Below are positions 1-13,309 of a stretch of DNA of 64,000 bases, in pieces. The DNA lies in the NCBI GenBank assembly GCA_043228905.1, contig JBHGNT010000081.1, positions 1 through 64,000 of the forward strand, in the 5' to 3' direction. Within the stretch, counting starts at the first letter, position 1. Each line of letters opens with the position of its first letter. Under the pieces are notes generated by a model. It had not been told where the DNA came from, searched no databases, and saw nothing but the letters and a program-made list of their open reading frames with translations. This stretch comes from Azolla caroliniana. Its lineage: Eukaryota > Plantae > Polypodiophyta. Position numbers and translations under genes: made by a program.

Positions 1-3000
1 AAGACGTGGACGATCTGGAAAACGAGTTCGTCAACTTCGAGTATGGCTATGGCAAAGAGGAGGGCCAACATTTGGCTGAGGCGATGCTCCATGGCCACCT
101 GAGCTATGGCCGAGGAGGCGTGGATCACGATCTTCCTTGTCACACAGTCCTGCCTCAAGTACCTCTGCTCACCAATGGTCCATCGGTATAGTGCCTTGTA
201 CAGCCCCATCAGTCTTTTATTTTATTTTTATTTTACCTTCAAGATAGGAATTTGTTCTCTGTATACTTGAAACTTAACGGTGTTTCTTGAACTGCTTTCG
301 TTAAAACCTCTTTCTGATTGATGCTTGTAGAGTGAAGCTTCTTACTATTCTGGCATTCCTGCAGAGCATCGTGCTCTCGTAGTTCCTCATTTCATGTCGA
401 ATGGTGGCAAGAGAGTTCATCCTCTCCCATATGATCTCCAGCCCAGCGTACCAGGTACTTCAACCATCTTTTGCCATGGGGAAACCTTAGCTTTTCCGTC
501 TTGGATTAAACCTCGTTAGATACATAAGAAGGAAATAGTAGAGCATTTTCCCACCATGGCTCTGTAGACTTGTGCTTCGGAGCCTATCTTGCCATTTTTG
601 AAGCTCATAATGCCGAAAACCTCGTTTGATATTATGTGCAACAGCGCAAGGTAGGCTCATGGATCCAAGTAAGGACCTGGCATCATATGGTTATGGCAGT
701 GTGGCATGGAAGGAGAAGACGGAAAACTGGAAGACTCGCCAAGATAAATTACAGTTGGTCAAGTCTGAGGGACTTGATGGAGGCGATTATTTGGATGATG
801 AAGATTTGCCTGTGTAAGGCCGATTTGATCTTCTGTATCCACTGCTTGAGTGATTGATTTGAGAAATGGGGACCAATCCTAATCTTCTCATATTTTCGTC
901 TAACAGGATGGACGAAGCTAGGCAGCCCCTCTCCCGCAAAATCCCACTCGCATCAGCCAGAATCAATCCGTATAGAATGATCATAATCATCCGTCTCATC
1001 GTTTTGGCATTTTTCTTGCGATTCCGGCTATTAAACCCTGTGCCTGATGCAGTCGGGCTATGGCTGGTGTCAGTCATATGTGAGACATGGTTTGCTTTCT
1101 CATGGATACTTGATCAGTTTCCCAAGTGGCTGCCAATCAATCGAGAGACCTATCTGGACCGTCTCTCCCTAAGGTAATTGAACCTGCCTAGTTAGCTGAC
1201 CATACCATTTTTCTTCTTTCATGTTTTAAAAGCTTTCACGGTCTAAAGACAGCTAATATGTTGGGTTGACAAACAACAGATATGAGAGAGAAGGTAAACC
1301 TTCTGAGCTTGCACCCGTCGATGTGTTTGTGAGCACAGTGGATCCATTGAAAGAGCCTCCCATAGTCACAGCCAATACGGTTCTATCCATTTTGGGCGTC
1401 GATTACCCCGTAGACAAGGTTTCTTGCTATGTGTCTGATGATGGAGCTGCAATGCTGACTTTCGAAGTAATGTCGGAGACATCCGAGTTTGCAAGAAGCT
1501 GGGTTCCTTTCTGTAAGAAATTCAGTATTGAGCCAAGAGCTCCCGAGATGTACTTTGCTCAGAAGATAGACTATCTCAGGGACAAAGTTCATCCTGCCTT
1601 TGTCAAGGAGCGCAGGGCGATGAAAGTATGTGCGATGAATATGTTTCTCGTGTGTTTGTTTGTTTGTTTATGATGGGTTCAGGATTCTGATGTTTCTCGA
1701 TGACTGACTGCTATGCAATGCAGAGGGAGTATGAAGAGTTCAAAGTGCGAATCAATGCTTTGGTTGCTAAAGCACAAAAAGTTCCCGACGATGGTTGGAC
1801 AATGCAAGATGGTACCCCTTGGCCGGGAAACAATGTCTGTGATCATCCTGGAATGATTCAGGTGAACAGAAGTGTGCATACACAACTTCCATCCATTGTG
1901 AAGGTTTTACTGGTAACAGTTTTGGTGCCAATGATGTATGGTTTCATATATTTTCAGGTATTTTTGGGGCAAAGTGGGGGACCTGATGTGGAGGGCCATT
2001 ACTTGCCTCGTCTTGTGTATGTGTCCAGAGAAAAGAGAATTGGATATAATCATCACAAGAAGGCAGGAGCCATGAATGCATGTGTAAGCTATTGTGAAAG
2101 CATCCTCTATGTTTCCTTGATAAACTTGGTCATCTCTTACCTACTATATGCATTGCTAGCTGCTGCTGCTCTAGACCATAAGTATACTATATTGATCGTA
2201 AAAGAATGTGCAGGTGCGGGTTTCGGCTGTATTGACAAATGCTCCCTACATCCTGAATTTGGATTGCGACCATTATGTCAACAATTCAAAAGCCTTGAGA
2301 GAGAGCATGTGTTTCATGATGGATCCAGCGATTGGAAAAAAGACATGCTATGTGCAGTTTCCGCAGAGGTTTGATGGCATCGATAAGCATGACCGATACG
2401 CCAACAACAATTCAGTTTTCTTTGATGTGAGTTGTCAATTTTGGAATATGATTTGTTTTCCAGATTTTGGAGGGTAACCGTCTCAGTCTTGAAAAGTAAT
2501 TGAATTGGGGGGCATTATGTGTACAGATAAATCTAAGAGGGTTAGATGGCATTCAAGGTCCTGTCTATGTTGGTACTGGCTGTGTATTCCGAAGGCAAGC
2601 TTTGTATGGTTATGACCCACCTAAGAAAATTAAGGAACCAAGTAGAAGCTGCAATTGCTGGTCAAGTCTATGTTGTTGCATTGGGCAGAGGAAGAAAAGC
2701 AAGAAATCAAAAGTCAGCATGAGGCCAAAGTTCTGGAAGAAGAAAAAACAAAATAAAAAGAGTGAAGCTAGCTTGGCATTAAACATGTTGGAACATATAG
2801 AGGACGGGCTTGAAGGTAAACCAACATGTTTCAGTGATCCTAATCAAATAGTACATGGATCTTACTGATGTCATGTATATTATTCCAGGTATCGACAGTG
2901 AGAAAAAAGAATTTATGTCACAAAACAACTTTGAGAAACGATTTGGGCAATCTTCAGTCTTTGTTTCATCTATGCTCCTGAAAAATGGTGGGGTGCCCCC

Positions 3001-4288
3001 AAATGCTAGCGCAACATCACTACTGAAAGAAGCCATTCATGTTATTAGCTGTGGTTATGAGGATAAAACTGAATGGGGAAAAGAGGTTAGTCATGTACTG
3101 CTAAATGCTGTAATGGTTTCTTCCTCGCTTTTTTTAAAAACTCTAGTTGTCAATTTGATTCGTTATTAGCATTTAAAGGCGCAGTCCATTTAAATTAATT
3201 TATAAATTTCAGTGCTCAATGCCATCAACAAACTCAACTTGTGTTTAGCTCGTAATTTCCAGATCGGATGGATCTATGGGTCAGTTACAGAGGATATATT
3301 GACAGGCTTCAAAATGCATGTACGTGGCTGGCGCTCTATATATTGCATGCCTTCTAGGCCTGCATTCAAAGGTTCTGCGCCGATTAACCTGACCGATCGC
3401 TTGCATCAAGTTTTGCGGTGGGCTCTTGGCTCTGTGGAAATATTCTTGAGTCGTCATTGTCCGATATGGTATGGCTATGGATCAGGGTTGAAATGGCTAG
3501 AAAGATTGGCATACATCAATACCATAGTCTATCCATGGACCTCTCTTCCATTGCTGGCTTACTGTACCCTTCCTGCGGTTTGTCTACTCACAGGAAAATT
3601 CATTATACCTACGGTTAGTATAGCAAATATCCTGCGTGCGTTTTTTTGCCTTGCATAATTGAGATGCGCCTGCTAATATATGCTGCTAAATACGTTCTTG
3701 CAGATCTATGGCTTTGACAGTCTCTGGTTTATTGCACTCTTTCTCTCCATTTTTGCAACCGGAATCTTGGAAATCCGATGGAGTGGTGTTGGGATTGATG
3801 AATGGTGGAGAAATGAGCAATTCTGGGTGATCGGAGGTGTCTCAGCTCACCTCTTTGCCCTATTCCAAGGGCTCCTCAAGGTCCTAGCTGGGGTTAACAC
3901 AAGCTTCACTGTGACATCCAAGCAAGCTGAGGATGAGGACTTCTCAGAGCTGTATCAATTCAAATGGACTACCCTCTTGATTCCTCCTACCACATTATTA
4001 GTGCTAAACATTGTGGGTGTGGTAGCAGGGATCTCGGATGCTATCAACAATGGGTACCAGTCATGGGGCCCTCTGTTTGGAAAGCTCTTTTTTGCTATAT
4101 GGGTCATCATGCATCTCTATCCATTTTTGAAGGGACTAATGGGCAGACGAAACCGCACACCGACCATCGTCATTGTGTGGTCGGTACTGTTAGCCTCCAT
4201 CTGCTTGCTGCTGTGGGTCAGGACCAACCCTTTTGTGCCGAAGCAGATCGGTCCAATTTTGGATGAATGTGGTCTGCAATGTGATTAA
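1..4288 (+). CDS. CESA: Cellulose synthase catalytic subunit (CesA), multi-exon; 5' end (zinc finger) lies outside the window
   Basis: GT-AG exons approx. <1-185, 331-454, 645-813, 907-1173, 1280-1625, 1724-1861, 1958-2083, 2214-2426, 2527-2815, 2889-3085, 3263-3613, 3704-4288. They encode [30 protein letters not shown] and the C-terminal TM helices; stop TAA at 4286-4288. Confidence 0.97.
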
Positions 4289-5899
4289 GTAGCACTCTGC
4301 AGGATAGCTAGCCATTCAAAATGTGATTAATACAAGAAAGATATGGTATACAGGGGAATCCCTAAAAAAGGGGTACCAGAAATACACCTAAAGAAGAGGC
4401 TCCATTTTTTTGAAAGTGTACCCTGGTAATTCCCATTCCTTGATTGTTGCTCAAGGGATTCCCTCCATTTTTGGAAATGTACCCTTATTCATTGATTGCT
4501 CATGGATCTCCGTACTTAAATAGATGCAACCCTTGGAGTCAATCACAGGATAGGGTTATTTGTCTTCACTCTTTATAGCAAGTTGCATTTTATTTTAGGG
4601 TTTAGGGAAGTCGTCGGAGCCTCCATCAACTGTGTAATCATTAATTGTTGGTTTGCTGGGTGAACTTGAGCTTTGAAATCAGCTTGACACCAAATTTGGT
4701 GGGTTTCTCCTTGTATATACAACTCTGGGTGGAATTATTAAATAACATACCTCTAATTCAGATTTGCAACCCCGTTTATGTATATGTATATAGGCAGTCA
4801 TCTTTACTTCTAAGAAACAACAGCTTAACTTCATTATATAAAGTCTTTGTAGGAGATGCTCCATTGGTATATTATGAATGGCATTGTGAATTTTAAACAT
4901 CTTCCTTCTTTTGTGCCTTTGTTTAATGCACCAACTGATGTAATTGGGTTGTAGTTTTGTAGATAGGGCTCTCCTAAATCCGACTTGGCTCAAGGTTTGT
5001 TCAACGTCAATGTAATGTTGAGTTTCACTTTAATCACCAATCTTACAAGTTGATGAGTGAGCAACCAATCATGAGAGTTAGGATTGTTCCCTAATTGGAG
5101 GGCGTACTAAAAATGTCTTTAGGAATAGGAGATGCCTTTGCATTTAAGGAATTTGATACTACAGATATGTTACCCTCCCATCATTCATATAAACCAAGTG
5201 TTAAGGAAATAATGTGAAAGGCTTTAGTATTTTTAATCTATAAGGCTTTAGTATTTTTAATCTCAACTATTGGTTATAAGCCAAATGTATGCAAGAAACA
5301 TGGTTATATTCTAATTTGTGGGGAACCACCCTTAATCTCACTGGCCAATGGGCTTAATGTGAAAATGATCATTTAGGGTTTCTAACTTGTATAAAAGGGC
5401 ATGATCTCTAATCTAAAAAGGGCCTTTGAGTGTGATAACGTTGGGGTTTCCTTTTTATACTCATACTCTCCCCTTTAATCCACTAAGATCCACTTTCCTC
5501 CATGTACCTTTTCCACCTAACTAATCGAGATATACATGTTTCTTATTTAGTAATTATTGATTTAATTGACACATCTCTTATGTTTCTTATGTAGTAATTA
5601 TTTATTTAATTGAGACACCTCTTATGTTTCTTATGCGGTGATTATCTCTTTAATTGAGAGTAACACATTTAATTTAGTGTAGTGTATTAATGGAAAGATG
5701 CCCAAAGGCTACAAAGAACTCATACATGAAAACACAACTGCCATACTCACATCAACCAACATGTCGAAGAGCAAAAGCCCTCATGCGACTACCTTAGAAA
5801 CTGTATTTACACATCTAAATTTGGGATGCTTCCATAATGGGGGGCGGAAAAAACACACCGTGGTGGAGCATATCTCCACTTTATTCTCTCCCCAAAAGA

Positions 5900-6380
5900 T
5901 GTGAAGACCTCTCCTTTGTCATATTTCTCCAAAATGTTGTTTCTTACGAAACACAATATCACACTCACCAGTTATTGCCTTATATTGACCTCTTAGGGTA
6001 TGCAGAAGCATCAACCATATCTCCTTAACTAAGGCAACCACATTCTGTTTGACTTTTTGAAATACACATTTACATTTTGCCTTCCACAATACCCAAATTA
6101 CTAAAGAAGATATGGTAGACCAAACCTTGTCCTCTACCAAACAATAGATTGTTGTAGATTAAGAGACATCCAATACTTGCCTTCCATTACAGATAAAAAG
6201 GCAATCAATACACCCCTTTTCATAATTCTGTATTTCTTCAACAAGCCTTCCTCATCTCACAAAACTCCACGTGTAAATTTGTTTACCAGAAACAAGATAC
6301 ATAATTCTCAACGCTCTTTTCCAAACTACTCTAGCAATAGGATATATCCATAAGACATTGTGAACCGATTCAATGTGAAA
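5900..6380 (-). mobile_element. L1-like LINE 3' fragment (post-RT C-terminus), decayed
   Basis: ORF 5919-6140 VIWVLWKAKCKCVFQ...EIWLMLLHTLRGQY resembles the W-x-x-W-x-x-R-N-x-x-x-F motif of plant L1 ORF2 ends; similar to 15100-15351. Confidence 0.55.
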
Positions 6381-7946
6381 ATCACAACTAGTGATTAAGC
6401 ATGTATTAATTTATATTAACTTAAGAAACCTTGAAGGCTTCTATAGTTGATGGCGTGAAAAGGTTACGTGCTTTTATGTGTTGATATATGATGGGATCTT
6501 TGCCATTTAGGAGTGACTCCTCTCAATCCGTTAGTTAGGACATTGATAGGAAGGCGACTCCTTGTGACTCGGTTATGACCCTTGAAAGTGTAACACTCAA
6601 AAGAATGAGTTGTGTTAATTTTTTTGGCAAATTGCGATTTAACAACCCCCCTCTATTATTTGGTGATATTTTAGTTGCTTATTAGAGTTTATTAACATTT
6701 GAAGTGGTTGTTATCGTAGTCTTCCCCATCTGTTATTTCAGGCTCTTAATATTTGATATATACCCTCTCTATCTCTTTTCATCATTAGGTTAACCAACTT
6801 TCACACCTCTATATATATATATATATATTCTTAACTTATGAGATGCCACTATGGAATACAAGGGTTGATTGCATGACCTTCTGGTATCTATTGTACACTA
6901 TTACCAAATGAGCTTCATCCACCTAGGCTCACAAAGACACGAAATTTACAACTTAATCCATTCCATTGCACATACAAATTTGATCCTTCATAGAATTATA
7001 TGAATTCTCCAATTCTTCACATCAAGGATAAGCAGAATCATCTGTATCGTCCAAGTGTTGGGAAGACCCCTCTCTGTTGGAAATGAGACCATCAGTGCGG
7101 AAATAAAGACAACATTGAGTTGAAAAACAACAAGTATGATGATAACAGAGATTAACAAGACAAGTTAACAAAGATCAAGATCAAGACAAAGCGAGAGAGA
7201 GAGACGCTTTGGCACAACTATGTAACTATATTATTCAAATCTCAGAAGTTATAATACAAAGAATGACAACCACCCACAAACTAGTTGCAAACTCAGATAT
7301 GTACTAGTTGAGTTAGGGCAACTGCCCCTTGATCATATTAGAAATATGTCCTACTAGCCTAGTTTGTCTAAATGGGACAATGTGAATACGACCATTATAT
7401 GTCTATATTCGACACTTCCCCGTAATGGACATATACAACAAAAATTTGTAATAAGAGAATAAACAAAATACAGATTTATAGAAAGAGATGTGTAGGTCAG
7501 TTCGGTTGATTGTCGGATCGGCAAGGTCTAAATAACATAGGCTGAATTGGTTAGTCTGAAAAGCCATAGCCGGATCGAAGCCGATTGTTGGAGGCCATCT
7601 CTATGTCTAACTCAGTCACACTGGTTTCTCCTTAAGCCGAGTGACACTTGGTCATCACGTCTGATGCTTTATCGTCCATAGAAATTAGGCTGAGCTTACC
7701 AGAAGTTACATAGTCCCAAACGAAGTGATATCGAACGTCGATGTGCTTCGAGGCGTTCTAGTGAACTAGGTTCTTTGACAACACCCTGATTGTCGCTATA
7801 GACAACTAGAGTCAAATTGGAGTTGGCTTGTCAAAACATGCATTCTAGCTAACCGAGCCATAAAGCCTCCTCCGCCACATCAGACACGACTACATATTCA
7901 ATCTTGGTTGTCGAAGTGGTGTGCACTCCTGAAGTTTCAACTTCCA

Positions 7947-10900
7947 AAACTGGGACATTTGAAACAGGTAGTATGTCGCATTTTGAGAATTGTCCATCAA
8001 AAAAGGACACAAATTAGGGTGATTCACAAAAAGGGGTGCCGCATGCGTAAAGGATATTAAAGAATGACCCAAAAATATATTGATTTCTAGCATGTACGAA
8101 ATTTAGGTGTTCAAAAAAATGCCTAAATAATGACTAACACCAATATTTATAGAAATTCATGAATCCAAATCTTGATGTACAATACAATATTTATAGTTAA
8201 TGTATCAGGACAATCGTTTTCCAAGTTTATGCCATCATCTTCATACCCATTAGATGAACTAGTAAGAGTTTATGAGGTCTCATCCTCATCATCAATGGCA
8301 ACAAATGCATTGTCTTCATCCAATTGCAATCCAACCTCATCGAGTTTATGAGTCATGCTTCTTCTTTGTCTTTGTGTTGTGTCTGAAGCCACATTCGAGA
8401 TCCTCTTTTTGTATAATCATTGTGGTCTATCGCAGATAACTTGTTTTGGTCAAAGATAAGTCATACACTAGTATATAAACATTATCCAATGTAAGAGTAG
8501 ATGTGCTTCATGCAATCTTTCTTCTTCACTTTTCCGTTATGATATTTAATTATGTACTTTCTATTTACGATATTTGATTATGTGAGAGAAACCTTCTACC
8601 AAAATCATTAGAATCTAAACAATGTCGTAAAGATGTTTTTTTGTTTTTCGTAGATTCTCATAGTAAGCCTTTGATGTCAAACAGAAATCAGATTCATTCC
8701 ATCTAGATCTGATGCACTATGTTGAATTTTACTCCTCTATACATCTAGAATTGGATGCAGTGCATCAGATTCTTGTTGTAAGTCTTGGATTTTTTTAAAA
8801 CTTTTCCATTAAAAAAATACTCTTGCATTTTCAACTGAGACATAATGCATTGCATCGAATTCTAGTTATATAGACTAAAATATTATACACTGCATTGGAT
8901 TTTAGTTGAAAGTCTACTTTTTCTTATTTGTTTTCGAATTTTCTAATTTTTAAAAAATTTTCCATAAATAAATAAATAAAAATTGAAAGAATGGATTTTC
9001 AACAGAAATCCGATGTGCATAAGATTTCAGTTGAAACAACACTTTTTATTATTTTTTTGTATTTCTTTTTTAATGTTTTTAATTTTCCCATAAATAAATA
9101 AATAAAAATTGAAAAAATGGATTTTCAATGGAAATCGGAGGCTGCATCAGATTTTAGTTGAAAGTCCACCTTTTCTTATTTGTTTCCAAATTTTCTTATT
9201 TTTGGAATTTTTTTGGAATTTTTTTATTTTTCCCATAAATAAATAAATAAAAATTGAAAAAATGGATTTTCAACGGAAATCCAATGCACTGCATCAGATC
9301 TCAGTTGAAAGTCCACTTTTTCTTTTTTGTTTCTAGATTTTCATACTTTTTGAATATTTTTGTATTTTGTTTGAAATTTTTTGGATTTTCAATGGAAATC
9401 TGATATAGTGTATCGGATTTCAGTTGAAAATCCATTTTTTCTTATTTGTTTTCAATTTTTCAAATTTTGTTTTTCCATAAAAAAATGTTTTCAATGACAT
9501 CGTATTTCCTTGGAAAATCCATCATTTTCAATGGAAATCTGATGCACTGCATCGTATTTCCGTTGAAAGTCCAAGACTTTTCTTTTATTTTTTTAATTTA
9601 TCATGGATTTTCAATTGAAATCCGATGCAGTGCATTAGATTTCCATTGAAAATGCAATCTATTTTTTATTATTTCATTGTTTTATGAAAAAACTAAAAGA
9701 AATTTGGATTTTCAATTGAAATACGATGCAGTGCATCAAATTTCAGTTGGAAATCCATTTTTTATAATATTATTATTTATTTGTCGAAAAAATGAAAAAC
9801 AATTGAAAAGAAAAAGGATTGTCAGCTAAAATCTGATGCATTGCATCGTTGTTTAGCTGTATAGACTACAATCCGATGCATTGCATCGGATTTCAGTTGA
9901 AAAGCCATTTATTATTATTATTATTTATATGGAAAACAAATATAAATAAATAAAAAACATTCAAAAATGAAGAAAGAAAAATGGATTTTCGACTTTATAG
10001 ACTAAAATACAATGTAGTGCATCATATTTTAGCTGAAAATCCATTTATTATTTTTTATGGTTTTTTTTTTTAAATTACAAAATTAAAAACAATCTTGGAT
10101 TTTCAACTGGAATCTAGTGCATTGCATTGGATTCTAGTTGAAAATCCAAGATTTTTTATTTGTCCAAAATTTCAATGGGTTTTAGATTTGTTTTCCGACA
10201 TAGGTATATTAAACTTGTCACATCAATTTAGAGTAATTTTATAGTCTATTCTTCAGTTTGATGTTACATGTGCAATTTCATTCTACTGTCATGTACTACT
10301 ACAACATGCGCCTTAAAGATGTTCAAGAACTCTGTTGCATTAGAGAAGGACCCTAAGTAGGTTATTTTCATCAAAATGAGGATCCAAGGTATCTGGGACT
10401 GTCCTAATCAAGACCAAGAAGTTGGGGCAAAGCATATCAATGAAATTAAGATGTTCCAGATGACTTCTAGAGAACCTATGGAACCTATAGATGAAGAAGC
10501 AGGGGACCGTGTTGAATTAGAAGATGTGTCCGAGTCTGAACATACTAACGATTCAACTTAGCGTAGCGACGAAGCCAATGAGGACAATCATGATGAAAGA
10601 GCTAATCCTGAAGATTTGGCTTTACCAGACTTATTATTTGATTGAATGGATATGGCTTATTATAAAATTTGAACAATATGAATTGTTAAATTTTGGTGTA
10701 ATATATAAGTTGAGCTTTTTTATAATTTTCGTGTAACACTCATTGAACTTAGAGATTAAGTATAATTTGTATGTGTACATGTTGTCTAAAGTCTCCTTTA
10801 TCATTTGGGGTATATGGGAGATAAAATTATACTCTATGATTTACTCGTATGATTGGAATGTTATTGTAGACTAGTTTATTTATACATTGGCGGTGTCATG

Positions 10901-11312
10901 TATCACTTGTCAATGGAAATTTTCTCTTGACATAGTAGTATCTCTTAATTGCAAGGTTTACAATTTGCTTTAAGATATATTATATATAAATATACACACA
11001 TATTTAGAAGAAGTCACTTATTCAGTGGGGTGTGCTTTTTAGAATATGCACAGGGACTCGTGTTACTATTATACTTGTGTTAACGAATATAACCCCGTCT
11101 AAGATTTGAAGAAAACATGGTAGATAGAATATACGTCGGATGATTTTGTTGATGTGATATTAGTTAGTTTTATTTTTCGCTATGTTTTCATAAACCACAT
11201 ACGCATGCATTGTGCCTTTTTGAAATTCTGCTTAAATAAGGCATTTTTTAACATCTCACTAAGATATGAAAAAGAAAATGTGTCATATTACCTATTTCAA
11301 ATGACTCAGTGT
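7947..11312. mobile_element. Non-autonomous TIR DNA transposon (superfamily uncertain) inserted in the Copia RNaseH
   Basis: Imperfect TIRs ACTGGGACATTTGAAACAGGTAGTATGTCGCATTTT (left) vs reverse complement ACTGAGTCATTTGAAATAGGTAATATGACACATTTT (right). TTCCA on both flanks. The Copia frame ISWK|WKLKLQEC is split exactly here. Confidence 0.75.
8690..10150. repeat. Array of ~14 degenerate ~51-bp palindromes separated by A/T-rich spacers
   Basis: Consensus by eye GGATTTTCAACTGAAATCCGATGCA-N-TGCATCGGATTTCAGTTGAAAATCC; copies near 8992, 9119, 9264, 9383, 9525, 9605, 9706, 9816, 10097 and others. Confidence 0.9.
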
Positions 11313-12345
11313 TTTCCACGATATTGCTCCATTGCTGAATTTGAAGAGGTATCTAGTCGTCGACTTTCGACTGTCCATAGTGCTAGCAAAGTTCGACACG
11401 GTGTAGCAGACTACACCTGAGTTCTTGTTTCAACCGAAGAGGATGCCAAGGTCTTGTGTGCCCACCAAATATCTAAATTCAATGTTGTTGGCCAAGGTTG
11501 TGCATGAATTGGTTGACGATATGGCATGTGCTATGTCAGGTCGTGTTGCGACCATCACGTACATCAAGGAGTTGACTGCCGGTGCATACGGTACTAACTT
11601 CATATTTTCCCCCTTCGAAACGGATGTCGAATAGTCTCCCTAAGATAGCCGAAGGCTAATGGGGAGCGGGGTTGAAGCAGATCTGACTGATTGCATCTTG
11701 AAGCGCTCCAGAACACGTTAGATGTAGTCGGCTTGAGACAAGAACAATTGTCATTGACTTTGGAGCCAATTGATCTTCATTCCGAGTATGTGTCAAGCTA
11801 GACCTAAGTCCTTCATTGTGAACTTCAACCGCAATTGCCGAACGAGATTGGTATGCTCTCCAGCATGCCGGATGGGAAGAAGCATGTCATCCACATAGAG
11901 GATGAGGAAGGTGGGTGATCCATCTTGAGTTGTTTTCGAGAAAAGGTAGTGGTCCTCATCTCTCTGATACTAGATGTTAGAGATGAGACCGTCAGTGCGG
12001 AAACAAAGACAACTCATCTAGGAGTTAAAGAACAACAAGCATGATGATAACATAGATTAACAAGACAACTTAACAAAGATCAAGATCAAGACATAGTGAG
12101 AGAGCGAGACGTAGAGGCACACCTATGTAATTGTATTATTCAACTCTCAGAAGTTACAATTCAAAGAATGGCAACCACCCACAAACTAGTTACAACTCTC
12201 AAATATGTACTAGCTGAGTTAGGGCAATTGCCCTTTGATCATATTACAAATATGTCCTAGTTTAGTTTGTCCAAATGGGACAATGTGAACACGACCATTA
12301 TATGCTTGTATTCGACAGTTTCTTCCAAGGACTTATTAGACATAT

Positions 12346-12415
<70 letters not shown>

Positions 12416-12421
<6 letters not shown>

Positions 12422-13240
12422 TATGAGACCAAATATGATCTATACGTAGTGACACTCGATGTTCAAGAACTTTAACCAATGAATGTTGCAATCAAGAGTG
12501 CACATTGTGGTTGTGATAGAAATTCGTGTAAGGATTGGGCTTGGTTGAAGATGTGTGGAAAGCACTGTCAAATATGATCAAAGGGAGAACATTGTATCAA
12601 AGTGTGACACTTAGACTTTCGAATTGTTCAGGGCAAAGTGTGCATAGTTGACCACTCTCATCACTTGTGCCCCAACGCCCCGTCTCATATCGCAATTTAT
12701 GTGAGCTAAGTCACATGGAAGCAATGGTTCAAATGGCAAACAACGGGATGGGCTCTAACATGTATTGATGTGTATGGTTTCCACGTTCTACGAAGAATAT
12801 GGTTTTGTAGTTAGATGCAACATGTGTAGTATAATGTTTGAAGTGTGAGCCTCCACATTTGTTTCATATCTTGATTCATTGGCGTTGCAAAAAGGCCTCA
12901 TTTACAAAGGAATTTAGTGATGTATCATGAAGCAAGTGTGTTGCTTCCCATCCACCAAACCATTTTTCCATCTCTTGCATCCAATTGGAAAACAAAATTT
13001 TGCTTTTAAGCATTTTTTGGATCCTTTTGCTTGCCTCCCCTGCAATTTTAGGAAGTCAATGTGAGGGACGTTTTTGAACCTTAAGCGTGTATGCAACAAC
13101 CCTTTCCATGGCCATGGTCTCAATGGGAAGTGATCCCATCTCAAGAAGAAGGGCGTATGGAGTTAGTAAGAAAATGCTTTTGGACATTTTCAAACTCTTT
13201 CCAAGTAGATTTAGGGATGCTACCACACCATACTTCCACC

Positions 13241-13242
<2 letters not shown>
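12416..13242 (-). mobile_element. 5'-truncated RTE-X/L2-like LINE fragment flanked on both sides by (GA)n
   Basis: Peptide LLLEMGSLPIETMAMERVVAYTLKVQK is homologous to the copy at 56221-57150; (GA)n tracts at ~12350-12415 and ~13243-13307. Confidence 0.8.

Positions 13243-13309
<67 letters not shown>

Larger units (their letters stand above)
7075..12317 (-). mobile_element. Ty1/Copia LTR retrotransposon, internally deleted and interrupted
   Basis: Direct-repeat LTRs TG...CA at 7075-7414 and 11975-12317. Met-type PBS (TAGTATCAGAG, minus strand) next to 11975; PPT GGGGAAG next to 7414. Minus-strand RT/RNaseH remnants LILYVDDMLL, FTMKDL, SRKSTT..GAISWK..EALWL. TSD decayed (CTCTC vs GTTTC). Confidence 0.88.

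Noticed and set aside
8690-10150. CRISPR array interpretation of the interspaced palindromes
   Set aside because: Eukaryotic context, no cas genes, degenerate repeats, and low-complexity spacers that resemble each other.
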